64,000 nt of DNA, taken from contig QPGO01000235.1 in assembly GCA_008632985.1 (NCBI GenBank), forward strand, positions 1 to 64,000. The letters are read 5' to 3'. Positions 12,044 to 23,579 of the stretch are shown here, piece by piece. This DNA is from Psammoneis japonica (Eukaryota). The notes below the pieces were generated by a model that was not told where the DNA came from, did no database searches, and was given only the letters and a program-made list of their open reading frames with translations. Within the stretch, counting starts at the first letter, position 1. Each line of letters opens with the position of its first letter. The position numbers and the translations under genes were made by a program.

Positions 12044-15000
12044 ATGACACCCGCTGGTCACAGTCAAAGGCGATTGCCTCTGGAAGGACGATTCTTTGCC
12101 CGGTCTCATGAGCTCAGCCGAATACGTTCATGTCTCGAGTCCGAACCTTCAGGCGTAAAAATTGTGCTTGTTTCAGGCTGCAGTGGTGTCGGGAAGTCGA
12201 GATTGCTTCGTGCCGCTCTGACTTCGAGTACCCCTCGATTGATTGGATTCGCAAAATTTGACTCGCGGATTGCTCCGTTGGAAGCCATTCAAGACTGTGT
12301 CGTTGATATTGTTGGAAAGATTCAAGCAAATGAGAATCTTTTGCATTTGGTTCGTCAGCGACTTGGCGATAGCATGGAAGATGAGCAGAAAGACATGTTG
12401 ATGTCTGTCATGCCAGAAACGAGGGCTGTACTTCAGTTCGAAACGGATGACGAAGAAAAGAAGCAAGATGAGAGGTCAATGACGAAGACTATTAGCAGCA
12501 ATAAGCAAAACATGCTACAGCTTCAAATGGCCCTGAAGGCCTTCTTTTTCACGGTAGCTGAATTTGAGAAAGTTGTCCTTTTACTCGACGATCTTCAGTG
12601 GTGTGGTCAAGATTCCTTGGATATTATCTTGTCTGTGTTTACAGAGCCAAAGGCCACCAACATGGTGCTTTGTGGGTCGTATCGGGACAACGAGATCACG
12701 ACTGAACTAAAGACTTTTATGAACAGCATGTCTGACTCTCTAGCATCGCATGTGATATGCTCAGTGACGCTGAAGGCCTTCGATCCAGCAGCCGTCAATG
12801 ACATGCTGGCTTCGCTTTTGAGTGTTGACTTGAAAGGAGAAACGTTCGAGCTAGCGAATGTCATTCATCAGCGCACCGATGGGAATATCTTTTTTGTGAG
12901 GCAGTTTCTTGAAGAGTTACAACGAGAAGGGTTTCTTCGATACAACTTCATGACCTCTCAATGGGAATATGACGTGCAACAGATCCAAAACGAAACGGCA
13001 CTCTGCGAGAACATTGTTCAGATCGTCGCTCAAAGAATCCATCGACTAGACCCGCCCGTCCGGGATATCTTAAAGCTACTTGCCTGCTTTGGATATCGGA
13101 GTAATGAATCGACCTTGGAAATGTGTCAATCGATCTTTCCTGAAATCTCGAATGTGGGCGAGTTACTTCAAGTGGCATGTACCCAAGAGCATCTACTGGA
13201 CGATCTTGGAAATGGATGGTATAAGTTCAGTCACGACAAAATTCTCGAATCTGTCAAGTCCATGCTACCTACTGGAGAGGAGCTTGATAAGCTACACTGG
13301 GATATCGGGATGCTTCTTTTTGGCGCTCTTGATGGTGCAACCATAGATGGTGACCGCCTTCGTTTCATGTGTGCAGACCAGATCAACTTGGGCGGAGCTC
13401 GATTCGTTAAGGGAGAAAAGCATCGTCTTCAGCTTGCCAAGCTCAACTTGGACGCTGCCAAGTCGGCGTCGAGGCTATCGGCGTTCCGTCCAGCTTGTCG
13501 ATACTGCCGAGCTGGAATTGACATTCTTGGAGAGAATGTCGCCGGTTCTTTGCATGTTGCGCTGGACTTGTATGTTCACTTTGCTGAAATGCTGTTTTGT
13601 TGTGGTGATATGACCCGAGCAAGAGAATACTGCGACAAGATCTTCGCGTTTGGAACACTGGAGCACAAAGTCCGATGCTACGTGACCATGTTGCAAATTC
13701 TCTTGTCAGAGGCAAAGAATCGTGATGTTGTCGATTTGGGGTTACGAGCTTTGAAAGCACTTGGCGAAAATGTACCCAAAAAGCCCAACAAGCTTCAAGC
13801 TCTACATAGTTACAAGAGAACAACCAAAAGGCTGAACGATTCCACTATTCAAGATATTCTCCTCGTACCGGTTATGAAGGACTTCGTCAAAGCGGCTTGT
13901 ATTGAAATCATGCTTGCAATGGAGTTACCTATAGTTCATCTCGCAATGATCAATTTGCACACAGTGATTGTTGATCGAATGCTAAGTCTCACTTTCCGTC
14001 ATGGATTGACTACTGCAGCCCCTGAAGCCTTTGCAGTAGCAGGGGCGGACGTCATTGCACAGCGAGACGATCTCAAGAACGGATACCAGCTTGGGAAACT
14101 AGCTGTCTCCTTAGCGGACCGACTAAAAGCGACAAGTGTGAAGGCAAAAGTTCACATGTGGTTCAGTGCTTTCACTCAGTGGTGGGTGGAGCCGCTTGCC
14201 CAGAGTCTCGATTCTGCTTTGAAAGGTTACAATGCCGGACTGGCGGTCGGCGATCAACACTACGCGTTTCACTGCATCACTGCCTACACCACTGCCTACG
14301 TCTATTCGGGCATTCCGCTGTTACCTCTTCTTGATGATCTTGATAAATATGGCCAGCAGATGATTGACTACGGGCAATTTATGGTCTTGTTTTGCGTTAT
14401 TCCAATGTGGCAGTTTGCCTTGAATCTTTGTGGGAAATCTGACGCGCCGCTTGACATGACTCGAGGCTACGCCGTCGACAAACAGAAGCTGGCGGGAAAT
14501 GACGAAAAGATTGGAGAACAAGCTTGTTGGTCATTTCTGATGCAATTGTGCTTTTACTTTGATGACATCAAGAAGGCCAGTGATCTGTCCCAACGGCTTC
14601 AACGCCTTCAAATAGGAATTACACGGGCCGAAGTGTTTTATCCGACAAGAGTGTTCTTTTTTTGCCTTACTGCGATCGAGCAGTTTCGTCGTACAGGAAG
14701 GCGAAAGTTCAAGCTGGAAGCGAAGAAACATATGCGGCAGATTACGAAATGGATAAAGCTCGGTGCGATCAATTTAGTACACAAAGGAATAATTCTTCAA
14801 GCCGAGATAGACTCGCTAACTTCAAAAGACCCTGTTGCCGTTCGATCGAAATACGACAAAGCGATTTCATGTGCCACCCGGAGTGGCTTTTTGCAAGATG
14901 GAGCTCTCGCGTGTCAGCTCGCAGCATCGTTTTGCAGAAAGGTTCTGCCAGACTCTATGGAACAGTACGTATTCAATGCCCACGAAAACTGGATGGCCTG

Positions 15001-15190
15001 GGACGCAATTGCAGTAGCACATCACCTTGAAATGAAGTATTCTGACATCCTTGGCGACAAGGCGAGCTTACGTTTGATGCGATCGGGCAATGAAGCTTCT
15101 CAGAAGCGTGGATGCAGCGGATTCCGAAGTCGCCCCCGCTTTTCCGAATCTGCCGCTAGGAAGCATGACCACTTAGACTACGAGAAGTAG
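12044..15190 (+). CDS. STAND-like P-loop ATPase (AAA_16/COG3899-type), copy 2, intact, 1048 aa
   Basis: Single open ORF with the same motifs. Upstream sequence about 11700-12040 is homologous to about 8095-8370, indicating a tandem duplication. Confidence 0.9.
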   Translation: MTPAGHSQRRLPLEGRFFARSHELSRIRSCLESEPSGVKIVLVSGCSGVGKSRLLRAALTSSTPRLIGFAKFDSRIAPLEAIQDCVVDIVGKIQANENLLHLVRQRLGDSMEDEQKDMLMSVMPETRAVLQFETDDEEKKQDERSMTKTISSNKQNMLQLQMALKAFFFTVAEFEKVVLLLDDLQWCGQDSLDIILSVFTEPKATNMVLCGSYRDNEITTELKTFMNSMSDSLASHVICSVTLKAFDPAAVNDMLASLLSVDLKGETFELANVIHQRTDGNIFFVRQFLEELQREGFLRYNFMTSQWEYDVQQIQNETALCENIVQIVAQRIHRLDPPVRDILKLLACFGYRSNESTLEMCQSIFPEISNVGELLQVACTQEHLLDDLGNGWYKFSHDKILESVKSMLPTGEELDKLHWDIGMLLFGALDGATIDGDRLRFMCADQINLGGARFVKGEKHRLQLAKLNLDAAKSASRLSAFRPACRYCRAGIDILGENVAGSLHVALDLYVHFAEMLFCCGDMTRAREYCDKIFAFGTLEHKVRCYVTMLQILLSEAKNRDVVDLGLRALKALGENVPKKPNKLQALHSYKRTTKRLNDSTIQDILLVPVMKDFVKAACIEIMLAMELPIVHLAMINLHTVIVDRMLSLTFRHGLTTAAPEAFAVAGADVIAQRDDLKNGYQLGKLAVSLADRLKATSVKAKVHMWFSAFTQWWVEPLAQSLDSALKGYNAGLAVGDQHYAFHCITAYTTAYVYSGIPLLPLLDDLDKYGQQMIDYGQFMVLFCVIPMWQFALNLCGKSDAPLDMTRGYAVDKQKLAGNDEKIGEQACWSFLMQLCFYFDDIKKASDLSQRLQRLQIGITRAEVFYPTRVFFFCLTAIEQFRRTGRRKFKLEAKKHMRQITKWIKLGAINLVHKGIILQAEIDSLTSKDPVAVRSKYDKAISCATRSGFLQDGALACQLAASFCRKVLPDSMEQYVFNAHENWMAWDAIAVAHHLEMKYSDILGDKASLRLMRSGNEASQKRGCSGFRSRPRFSESAARKHDHLDYEK

Positions 15191-15468
15191 TGGTTGGCTC
15201 GTTGATCGGAAAAGGTGCCAGATCCTTGTAGTGCTTTAGGAATAGTGCGGGAGTCAGTGTTTTATCGTCGAGGCAACGATGAGGCGCTACAACGTTGCCA
15301 CGTCGTCTCTTTTGCACATCGTCAAGGCACTATATAACTGGCCAGAATCCATCATGCCTGAAAAAGGTTCCTTGCGCCCACATTAATAGACATAATAAGT
15401 AATTGTTTGCTACAATAATGGAAACGATGGAGTGTACACACTCACACAAGACGCATTCTATAGAGCAC

Positions 15469-17775
15469 CTACAGTTGCCCTTTCTTGTATTGAATAAACC
15501 TTGACGCATTCAGCGCGGTCTCCTTCCACTGTTCCTTGTCCTGCGGAGTGCCACCGCCGCCACTGATTCCTTTTTTGAATGGAGGTAAAGTCCGCTGAAA
15601 GTTTCCCAGCACATCCAGCGAGACAAAGACGTCCGCATGAACGTCATCTTCACCATAAATGTCCATGAGAGCATTGAACGCTTCGCTCTGAACCATGGTG
15701 GACGAGGATGCCAAGGATGTCAAAAGAGCAGAACAAACCTTGGTGTTGACTTGTGTGGAATGCGTCTCGGAACCGCACAAGATTCCCAGCATACTCGCTG
15801 CGTCGCGTTGTAGGAATGGATAATTTGCGTTTTGCAGCAAGGACACGAGGAAATCCAAATGGTCTTGTTCGATCTGGGAACGCAACACGGGCCGCGTCCT
15901 TTGTGCCACCACCATGGCGCTGCTGATACCCTCCAAAACTCCGTCAATCGATGCCACGGACGACACCGACAAGAGCGCCTGTAGGCACTGCACAAGTTCG
16001 TTCCACACGGCAATCGGATCCGACGACCGCCACGAGGGCAAATTGGCAATGCAGTTTCCGATGCAACCACCACACTTGGAAATCAAATCGGCGACCTCCT
16101 GCATCACATAAAGCGGGACGATATTATTCTCGTTTGGTTGATGAGGCGAACAGAGATTCTTCAACAAGACGACAAGACCATCGGCGAGTCCCTCTTGTAC
16201 AAGAATGTCCGCAACGGCTTGGTCCAAGGGATGCATCTCGAGTTGCTCTTGTTGTTGGTCCGCCGCGCCTTGTTGCGCCGCCAAGAGTTGCGCCTCTTGT
16301 GTCGGTCCCCAATCGTCTTCCTCCATGGCGTCTTCCATATCCACGGATGCATTGTCAATACTATCTTCTTGTACCAAGCTACCCGTCAAATTTGCCGATA
16401 TCTCTAGTGACAAGTGCAAGGGTAGCAGAGCCGAATGCCACGCCTGTCGAGCCTTGTCCATGCTTTCTCGGCAATCCTTGTTGGATTTTGCTTCGTCTTG
16501 CTGCATGGGTTCGTCGTCCTTGTCAATCTTCATTTCACCACCATTGTCCATATTATTTGCGTCTTGCTGTTTCCCTTCACCTTCTCCAGCAATTGCCATT
16601 TTTTGACTAATTTCCTCCTTGGCTTGTTTTTGACGCCTTGCAATCAATCTCGCAGGTTCTTTGCGCCGATTGACCGTTTCAATCACTTGCTGCTCCAAAG
16701 CGTCGTCGGCCTGTTCCTTTTTATAAGCCTCTCGTGTTTGCACAATATTGGCAATCAATCCTTGTGCCGTCTCCTTATCGTAGGTTAGGTGATTCTTTAA
16801 GAGTGGAACGACAGACGCTTGAATTTGGTTTTGAAGAATTGAAATCAACTCGGATCGAGCAGAGTCGTTTTCATGACTACACAATACCATTTGACGAATC
16901 GACACGAGACATCCCGCGGCATGAAGTTGTGCGGGTGGAGTCAGCTTGTTGTTGCTGCTGGAATGATGACAAGATGACACCAAAATATCAATTCCATGTC
17001 GAAACGTCGAGCCGTCGTTGTGCATCATCCATGCCTCGAGCAGATCCATGTTATCGTCCAAGGCGGAATGCAAGGTTCGAACGGCATACACCGTCACGTC
17101 TTGGGTCCATTCCAACATCATCTCGTCGCTGTCATCATCTTCTTGTTGTTGCTGTACAGCCTTGCTTTGCCTTCCGCTCAATTCCTCTTGTCCCAATACT
17201 AAAAACTTGACAAGCATCGTGACAAATTCTGTAGGCTTGGCCATGATGCGCTCTAAAGCAAGAGGATTGATTTCGACTAGAGCACAGAGTGCGTGTAGGC
17301 ATTGAACCGTGACGGCCCACCAATGATGAAGCCGTTGTTTTGACCGTTTGTTGGATGCAGTATTATCTTTTGCAGACGTAGAAAGCGCCGCCAGACATTG
17401 TTCAAGTCGACTCATCAAGACCACCGTCCATCCGGCCGTCACGTCGTTGTTGCTACTGCTGCTATTGCCGTAGTACGACACATAATTGGCACAACACCCG
17501 GCAGCCGCTTGCGAGCATTCCAAATCGGAATCCATGACGCGTTCCAATACGACTTGAAGAACTTGACTGGATATTTTGTAGTCCTTGGAATGCCCGAGTT
17601 GAATGGGATGAAACAGCGTCGTGGCGAGCGCCGACAGGGCACCGTGACGAACTTGTGCGTTGCCATGACGGAGTTTTTTAATCAAGGATGATGTCGTTGT
17701 TGCAGAATCATTATTGTTGTTTTGTTGTTGTTGTTTGTTATGACGGTTCCTACGACGACGGCCCTGTTTTCCCAT
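15469..17775 (-). CDS. HEAT/ARM-repeat protein, HEATR3/SYO1-like
   Basis: Basic N-terminus MGKQGRRRRNRH, helical repeats, acidic loop, and C-terminal EAFNALMDIYGEDD and NASRFIQYK resembling HEATR3. Confidence 0.7.
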   Translation of the reverse strand: MGKQGRRRRNRHNKQQQQNNNNDSATTTSSLIKKLRHGNAQVRHGALSALATTLFHPIQLGHSKDYKISSQVLQVVLERVMDSDLECSQAAAGCCANYVSYYGNSSSSNNDVTAGWTVVLMSRLEQCLAALSTSAKDNTASNKRSKQRLHHWWAVTVQCLHALCALVEINPLALERIMAKPTEFVTMLVKFLVLGQEELSGRQSKAVQQQQEDDDSDEMMLEWTQDVTVYAVRTLHSALDDNMDLLEAWMMHNDGSTFRHGIDILVSSCHHSSSNNKLTPPAQLHAAGCLVSIRQMVLCSHENDSARSELISILQNQIQASVVPLLKNHLTYDKETAQGLIANIVQTREAYKKEQADDALEQQVIETVNRRKEPARLIARRQKQAKEEISQKMAIAGEGEGKQQDANNMDNGGEMKIDKDDEPMQQDEAKSNKDCRESMDKARQAWHSALLPLHLSLEISANLTGSLVQEDSIDNASVDMEDAMEEDDWGPTQEAQLLAAQQGAADQQQEQLEMHPLDQAVADILVQEGLADGLVVLLKNLCSPHQPNENNIVPLYVMQEVADLISKCGGCIGNCIANLPSWRSSDPIAVWNELVQCLQALLSVSSVASIDGVLEGISSAMVVAQRTRPVLRSQIEQDHLDFLVSLLQNANYPFLQRDAASMLGILCGSETHSTQVNTKVCSALLTSLASSSTMVQSEAFNALMDIYGEDDVHADVFVSLDVLGNFQRTLPPFKKGISGGGGTPQDKEQWKETALNASRFIQYKKGQL

Positions 17776-18205
17776 GGTTGATTTTTTGTTCTCTGGAGTG
17801 AAAAGATCTGGGATAAAAAAAATGAGTGGCGCAAAAAAGTTGTGGCGCAAAGATCGGCAGTCTTTGCGTCGACCGTGTCGGAGGGAATTTTCCGCAATTC
17901 ACTTGTATTCGGATCTATATAACATATTGAATTTTCAATTTTCTGTAGACTTGCAGTATCTTTCGGTTTCAGTACTGAAATCCTGTAGAATCTACGGCCG
18001 CGCATGTCACGGGATGAGAATGAAGAGTCGCGGCCACGAACGAACCTGGAACCTGGATGACCTTCCCGCTGTCATTGCTTGTTAGTGGAAAAGGTCACAC
18101 TCCACGATACACAGGAGTCTCTATTAGGTCGCTCCACGATACATTGGAGTCTCTATTATTGCTTTGTCTCGCGCGCCGCAACAACACAACGCACCACAAC
18201 AACAC

Positions 18206-19477
18206 ATGCAAGCTGCCACCATGATGATGTCTGAAGAGCAAGCCGAAAAAGCCGAAGAGCTTCAGGCTTCTCGGTTCCCCGCATGGACCGCACTCATGAT
18301 TTTCTCGTGTGTCGCCTTGATTGCACACACGACAACCGATTACGTCGATGACAGTTCGTCTGAAAAGTGGGTCACGTCGGTGTGTGCCATTTCACTGGGC
18401 ATTTCCTTTTGTGCCATGGTGGCACACTTTGTACCCTCATCCAACTTTGTGGGAGAACCCGCTGAAGGTGGTGGTAAGGCAGCTTGCAGTCTGAATCGCA
18501 TCATTCACATTCGTTTCTTTTTCATTAGAGTTCGCATCCGCAACACCGACAGCACCAACATTGCTCTCTCACAATTTCACAACATGTCATCTTACCTTGC
18601 CGTTATTCTCTCTTTTGCCAGTCGCCTTCTTCATTATAATTTTCTGGGCAGCTGGTTTGCCCGTCATTATGAATCCCAACAACGACATCGCCGTGAATGG
18701 ATTTGGGATCCGCAACGCCAATCTCTACTTTTTCTCGTGGGCGGCCTTTATTGCCAACTTGTACATTCTGGGAGACTTTGCCAAGGCTTCGGATATTGCG
18801 GATGTTACCATGGCTCCGCCCAAGACTGTAAAGTGGTATGGGTTGTTTGCGTCTTCCATCATTGTGCTCGGATCCAGTGCCAAGGTGAGAAATAGTATTG
18901 AATTGTTTTGCATCGTATGATTTATTGGAACTGTAATTTACAGCTTGAGTTATCATGTAATATCTCACACTTCCTTCATACTCTTTTCAATTGTAGTCTT
19001 TTGATTTGTTGAATTGCAACAAGTTTAGCAACTCGACTTGCAATCGCACAAAGTACGCTATTTCTCTCGGTGCGGTTTCTACCTTTTTCTGCTTGTTGCT
19101 TTGTCTCATGTCGTTACGAGGACGAATGCCCACCATTGTAGTGGAACTGTCGGTTAGCTTTGTCCTCTTTGTCATGTATGTATTTGGAGTGGGATTCATC
19201 ACGTTTGGTGAGTATAGCAAGGATTGATTCCTGCTTTTGTGTATTGACTTTTCTCACAACAAACCACTCGTATTGTACTATCCAAAACATCTCAGGCTCG
19301 GGTCCGGGTACTCAATTGGGCAACTTGTACTTTTCCACCTGGGCCGCCTTTGTCGTGTCCATGTTGCTCTTTGCCGAGTGTCTCAAACAATATCTCGTTG
19401 ATGAAGGTGACGAAGAACAAATGGAGGGAGAAGAAGTACCAGAACCGGTCAACGTCGAAGAAGAGGATCAGATTTAG
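18206..19477 (+). CDS. Uncharacterised multipass membrane protein, paralogue 1 (4 exons)
   Basis: Exons 18206-18473, 18622-18884, 18997-19207 and 19296-19477 with GT-AG introns. Motifs WAAGLPVIM, NANLYFFSW, RTKYAISLG and GNLYFSTW are shared with the paralogues. Confidence 0.85.
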
Positions 19478-19865
19478 AGAGACTGGAAAAAAGAGTTGGA
19501 GTATATGCTTGAGGGAGGGGACGGAGGATTGAATGTGAAATGAATAAAAAATGATGGAGAGCTTTTGCTATCCAGATGATTAGTGTCGACACTGTGTTTT
19601 GAGTAGAATACGATAAGAAAAGCATGTGTGCATACCGTATAGAAAAAAAATCAGGTTCTAAAAGTTGTGATTCTCCATTGTCCGTCTCGCAACTTTGAAA
19701 CTGCTCCTCTCATCGCCGAACTTTTCATTCTCCGTCCAGCGTAATTGCTTGTAGCTCAAATCGATTCTTATGCTTTATTCGAATGGTCATAATTTTTCCT
19801 CGACAGCAGAGTAACGAGACGGCTAGAGCTGCAATAAACACTAAATTACTAGTAATACCTAGAGG

Positions 19866-21203
19866 CTAGCTAGTAGAGGGAGAAGAAGGTGGGGGGTGGC
19901 ATGCGCATGTCACGCAATTTTGAACACTATTTGGATCCGATGGGGCCGTCTCTTTCCCAATGCCATTGTCGGTTTCCTCCGTTTTATGCATGATTTTCGG
20001 CTCAGGAGCTACTGCAGTGACCTCTGCCGCTTCTTGAGTGGCGTTGTCGTTATCCTCCGTTTCTTCTTGATTAGACTGGTTGTCATGCTCATTGTGAAAG
20101 TCCAGGTTCTGTAACAGATCCTTAATCACAGGTCCCATGTCATCTTGCCACAACACTTGCTCTTGGCACGTCTCTCCAATCAAAGGAAGCTCGGCACTAT
20201 CAATGTTATCCCAGTCAATACATCGTCCCTCAGTTGGCACATCGTTCAAAAGGCTTTGATTTCTCTCCTGAAGTTGGTTCCAAAGCGTTGCTGGTACCTT
20301 GTCTTTGAGTTGTCGCAGAAAAAATGCAATCTTCTTTCGGTGAAACTCGTGCAAGGCGCCATATCCCTCCGTCTCATCGCCAATGTTTTTGTTTTCGTAC
20401 CCGGGATTCTCTTCTAGGCACGAGCTGTAGCTGTCACAAGTCTCGCAATCGTCCTGATTGCAGCAGTAACACCAGTCTTTGGAGCAGCTCTCACAATATA
20501 TATGAATGCATTCGTCGTCTTTGATGCCTCTTTGATTGCATGACGGACACACCATACGGGAACCCAAGCTTAAGGCTTCCGTCACGGCTCGCCTCAAGTG
20601 TTCTAGATTGGTTGTGTCATTCCGTGAGAGATTTCTCTGAACTCTCATTGTGGCCTGTGCTTCTTGCTGGTAAAGAGTGACTGCGTTTCGAGCAATGGCG
20701 CGTCGCCACCTTTCGTCCACGGCGTCGGTCAATATGCGACGAAACCTTGAGACGGGAAAAGAGTGGCAAGTGCATTCGTCACTCTTGAAAAAGGGGCACG
20801 GAAGTTCTCCAACGCCACTTTGTTGGTTCGCGTCTTCATTTTTTGATTGAATCGCGCAATAAGATCCACCGACTTTCACCGCATTTGACACGTAATTGTT
20901 GAAGCACTCGATGCAGAACGAATGCCGGGATTTGCCGATGCATTCTACGGTCTCTTGTTTGGGTTGCCTGTCGCCGCAAGTGACACATGCTGTAAAAGAC
21001 ATCTTTGTACACTTACTGTTGTCGTCACTATTTTTGCTACTAGTTGTCTTTTTAATGGATGGAAACGCCTTTAACCCAATAAAGCATTCGGAGCAGAACG
21101 CTTGGTCCCGCCCTCGCGGACCGTGATACGTCACAGCCGCTGGCTCTGAGCAAACGGAGCATAAAGCTGTTGTGACGCTCATCGTCGTAGATATTGCCGT
21201 CAT
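19866..21203 (-). CDS. Cys-rich RING/RBR-like E3 ligase-type protein
   Basis: RING1-like CVTC..C..HSFCIEC..CP and RING2/Rcat-like CPSC..IKDDECIHIYCESCSKDWCYCC. Confidence 0.7.
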   Translation of the reverse strand: MTAISTTMSVTTALCSVCSEPAAVTYHGPRGRDQAFCSECFIGLKAFPSIKKTTSSKNSDDNSKCTKMSFTACVTCGDRQPKQETVECIGKSRHSFCIECFNNYVSNAVKVGGSYCAIQSKNEDANQQSGVGELPCPFFKSDECTCHSFPVSRFRRILTDAVDERWRRAIARNAVTLYQQEAQATMRVQRNLSRNDTTNLEHLRRAVTEALSLGSRMVCPSCNQRGIKDDECIHIYCESCSKDWCYCCNQDDCETCDSYSSCLEENPGYENKNIGDETEGYGALHEFHRKKIAFFLRQLKDKVPATLWNQLQERNQSLLNDVPTEGRCIDWDNIDSAELPLIGETCQEQVLWQDDMGPVIKDLLQNLDFHNEHDNQSNQEETEDNDNATQEAAEVTAVAPEPKIMHKTEETDNGIGKETAPSDPNSVQNCVTCACHPPPSSPSTS

Positions 21204-23176
21204 GATGACTACGATACAAGTCACGTTGTTTAATGGCTGAGTGCTTTTTGTGGCTTTGTAGATGTAAGTTACGCAACGAAACGTGCACTTTTTGTGACGA
21301 GGAGTCAGTCGTACCGGCACATCAGAAGCACGACTCAGAATGATGTCATGTCGGCATTTTTGTGCATGCGGCTCATTACCTTAACTTTTTCCGTACCCAC
21401 GCGGTTTCGCGCGATTGCCCTATTTAAACAAAATTTTCAATTATGAAGAATACCAACATAAATAACAAAACTTTTCTATTCAAATAAATACAAATAAATG
21501 TGTGCTGTTTCGACCGTGACAGTTTTGTCTAATGGCATTACAAGCCCTAGGACAGACTTTGGACCTGTATATTGGACAATTGCGAAGAGATCCGTGCCCG
21601 GAATACATCTGAATGGACTAGGGCAATAGAGTGCAAAAAAGTGACGGACAGACGCATGCATACTGGGGACGTATGTACCGGTAGACACCATGGAAGAGTG
21701 ACTTTTGGCGATAATTTCCGAAATCTTCGGTCCTATTCAAAGTTTTGCATGTTATGCATAGGTTTTGTCAGCAGGGCTGTGCACCCTGCTTCATAAGTGT
21801 CTAAACTAAATGTCTATGGGTCGAAATGTGTTAAGCCGAGTCATTCTTCTGAAGCTGCTGACAAAGAGGAAAGGCAACATTTTCTATTCAAATAATATAA
21901 CACCAGGAAATATGTGATTAAATATATAAATAATAATGAAATAACAATTACACTTGAGTTAATTAGAGAAAATACCGGGACAAAAAATTTTGTCCCGCGG
22001 GCACCTAAAAAGTTAAACTGCCCAGGGCCCTCTCTCTGTTAAAGAGCAGCCAGCGGTGGCCTCTGTCCAAGGTCAGAAATCTCACTTCATCATTGCTGGA
22101 TGAGAACCGAGAACCAAGAAAGTCCAAGCCCCCCATCAGCGGCTGAGCTGTCTTCCATTTTGTGCCGCACAAAGAAGTTTTGACTGGCCTTTCGTGCACA
22201 GCATGAGTGCCATTTGCGTGACCCATGCGTTGTGCGACAACCAAAATGATCACACAGTCAAGCTGGTGCATCGGGGGGGGGGGGGGGCGAATTTGGGAAT
22301 CCCCCACCGGCTGATGAGCAGATCACTGTCTGGGAAAAAGGTGTGTGAGGAGTGTGAGCACGCAAATTTGTTTGTGACAAGTCGGTCCAACTTGTCACAA
22401 ATCACACCTGTTCGTGACAAATGGATGTGATTTGAAACAACAAACGTCTTTTGCTTCCCAATGAACATCCAAGTTTGCAAATCAAGAGCAGGCCAACTTG
22501 GCAAATTTGGCACGAATCAGCAAGTTGATGCCAACAAAGCACTCCATTTGATGTTTGCAGTCAACTGCTGACTGAGAATTGATTGGCTGACTGATGTTTT
22601 TAAATGACTGATTTGTGATGTGCTGCTGCAACTCATTTTCAATCTGTCGTCTAAAATGCAGTTCTACAGTGGGGCACTGCCATGTGATCTGCCATCGAAC
22701 AATGCAGCTGCTGCCATTTGTTTTTTGTCCACTGAGCTGCTGTCAACCACCAAGCTGCCATCAACTCCAGTTTGCGTGTCTTTGCACAGTTTGCCATGTG
22801 GTCTCCCTCATCATCCAGTTCATTGAGTTCTTCTTCCACTTCTTTTCTGTGGTTTTCCAGAGTCATCCTCCCACTGTGCAGCTGTCCTCCCATTGGCCAA
22901 GCCACCCATTCTCAACCTCTTGTTTGATGTCCATGCAATCCTTCCTTGAAGAAGTTGTTTGCCCTTGGTGACCCCCTTTGCTCTTTCTTGGCATCTTTCA
23001 TCACTGCTTCCCACTGCCTGCACCTTCCTCCATTGCATTTGAGTGGCCAAACATGAAGTGCTTGAGCCATCTCATGTGCACTGTCTTTTTTTTATGAGTT
23101 CCTTGCTGGGTGGTCCCCTGTGGTGGTCGAGCTCATTCATGACTTCTGTCAAAGCAAACAGCCAGTCCTTTGTTTT

Positions 23177-23466
23177 CTGGAGGGAGAAGCACCAGAGCCA
23201 GAACTCAATGTCAAAGAAGAGGATCAGACTTGGGGATTCAAAAAGTCTGAGTTGGGAGTGAATGGCTGAGGGTGGGCTGGGGAACAGAGGATTGGCTGTG
23301 AAATGAATCAGGTTGAGGGAGAGCTTTTGCCACCCAGATGATCAGTGTTGATGCCATGTTTTGAGCAGGATGTGATGAGAAAAGCACATCAGTTTCTAAA
23401 AGTTGTGGTTCTCCATTGTCAGTCTTGCAAGTTTGGGGTGCTGCTTTTTCCTCTCTTTGCTGAACC
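23177..23466 (+). pseudogene. Hypermutated copy of the last codons and 3' flank of the membrane-protein gene at 18206
   Basis: Aligns to about 19422-19720. The stop in GATCAGATTTAG reads GATCAGACTTGG, and TA and CG sites are converted to CA/TG. Confidence 0.85.
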
Positions 23467-23546
23467 ATCAACTCTGTGGCACACCCAGTGCAGATGCTGG
23501 CAGCTCAAATTGATTCTCACTTTTGGTTTGAACAGCCCCAATTTTG

Positions 23547-23577
<31 letters not shown>
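23547..23577. repeat. (CT)n microsatellite
   Basis: About 15 CT units. Confidence 0.9.
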
Positions 23578-23579
<2 letters not shown>

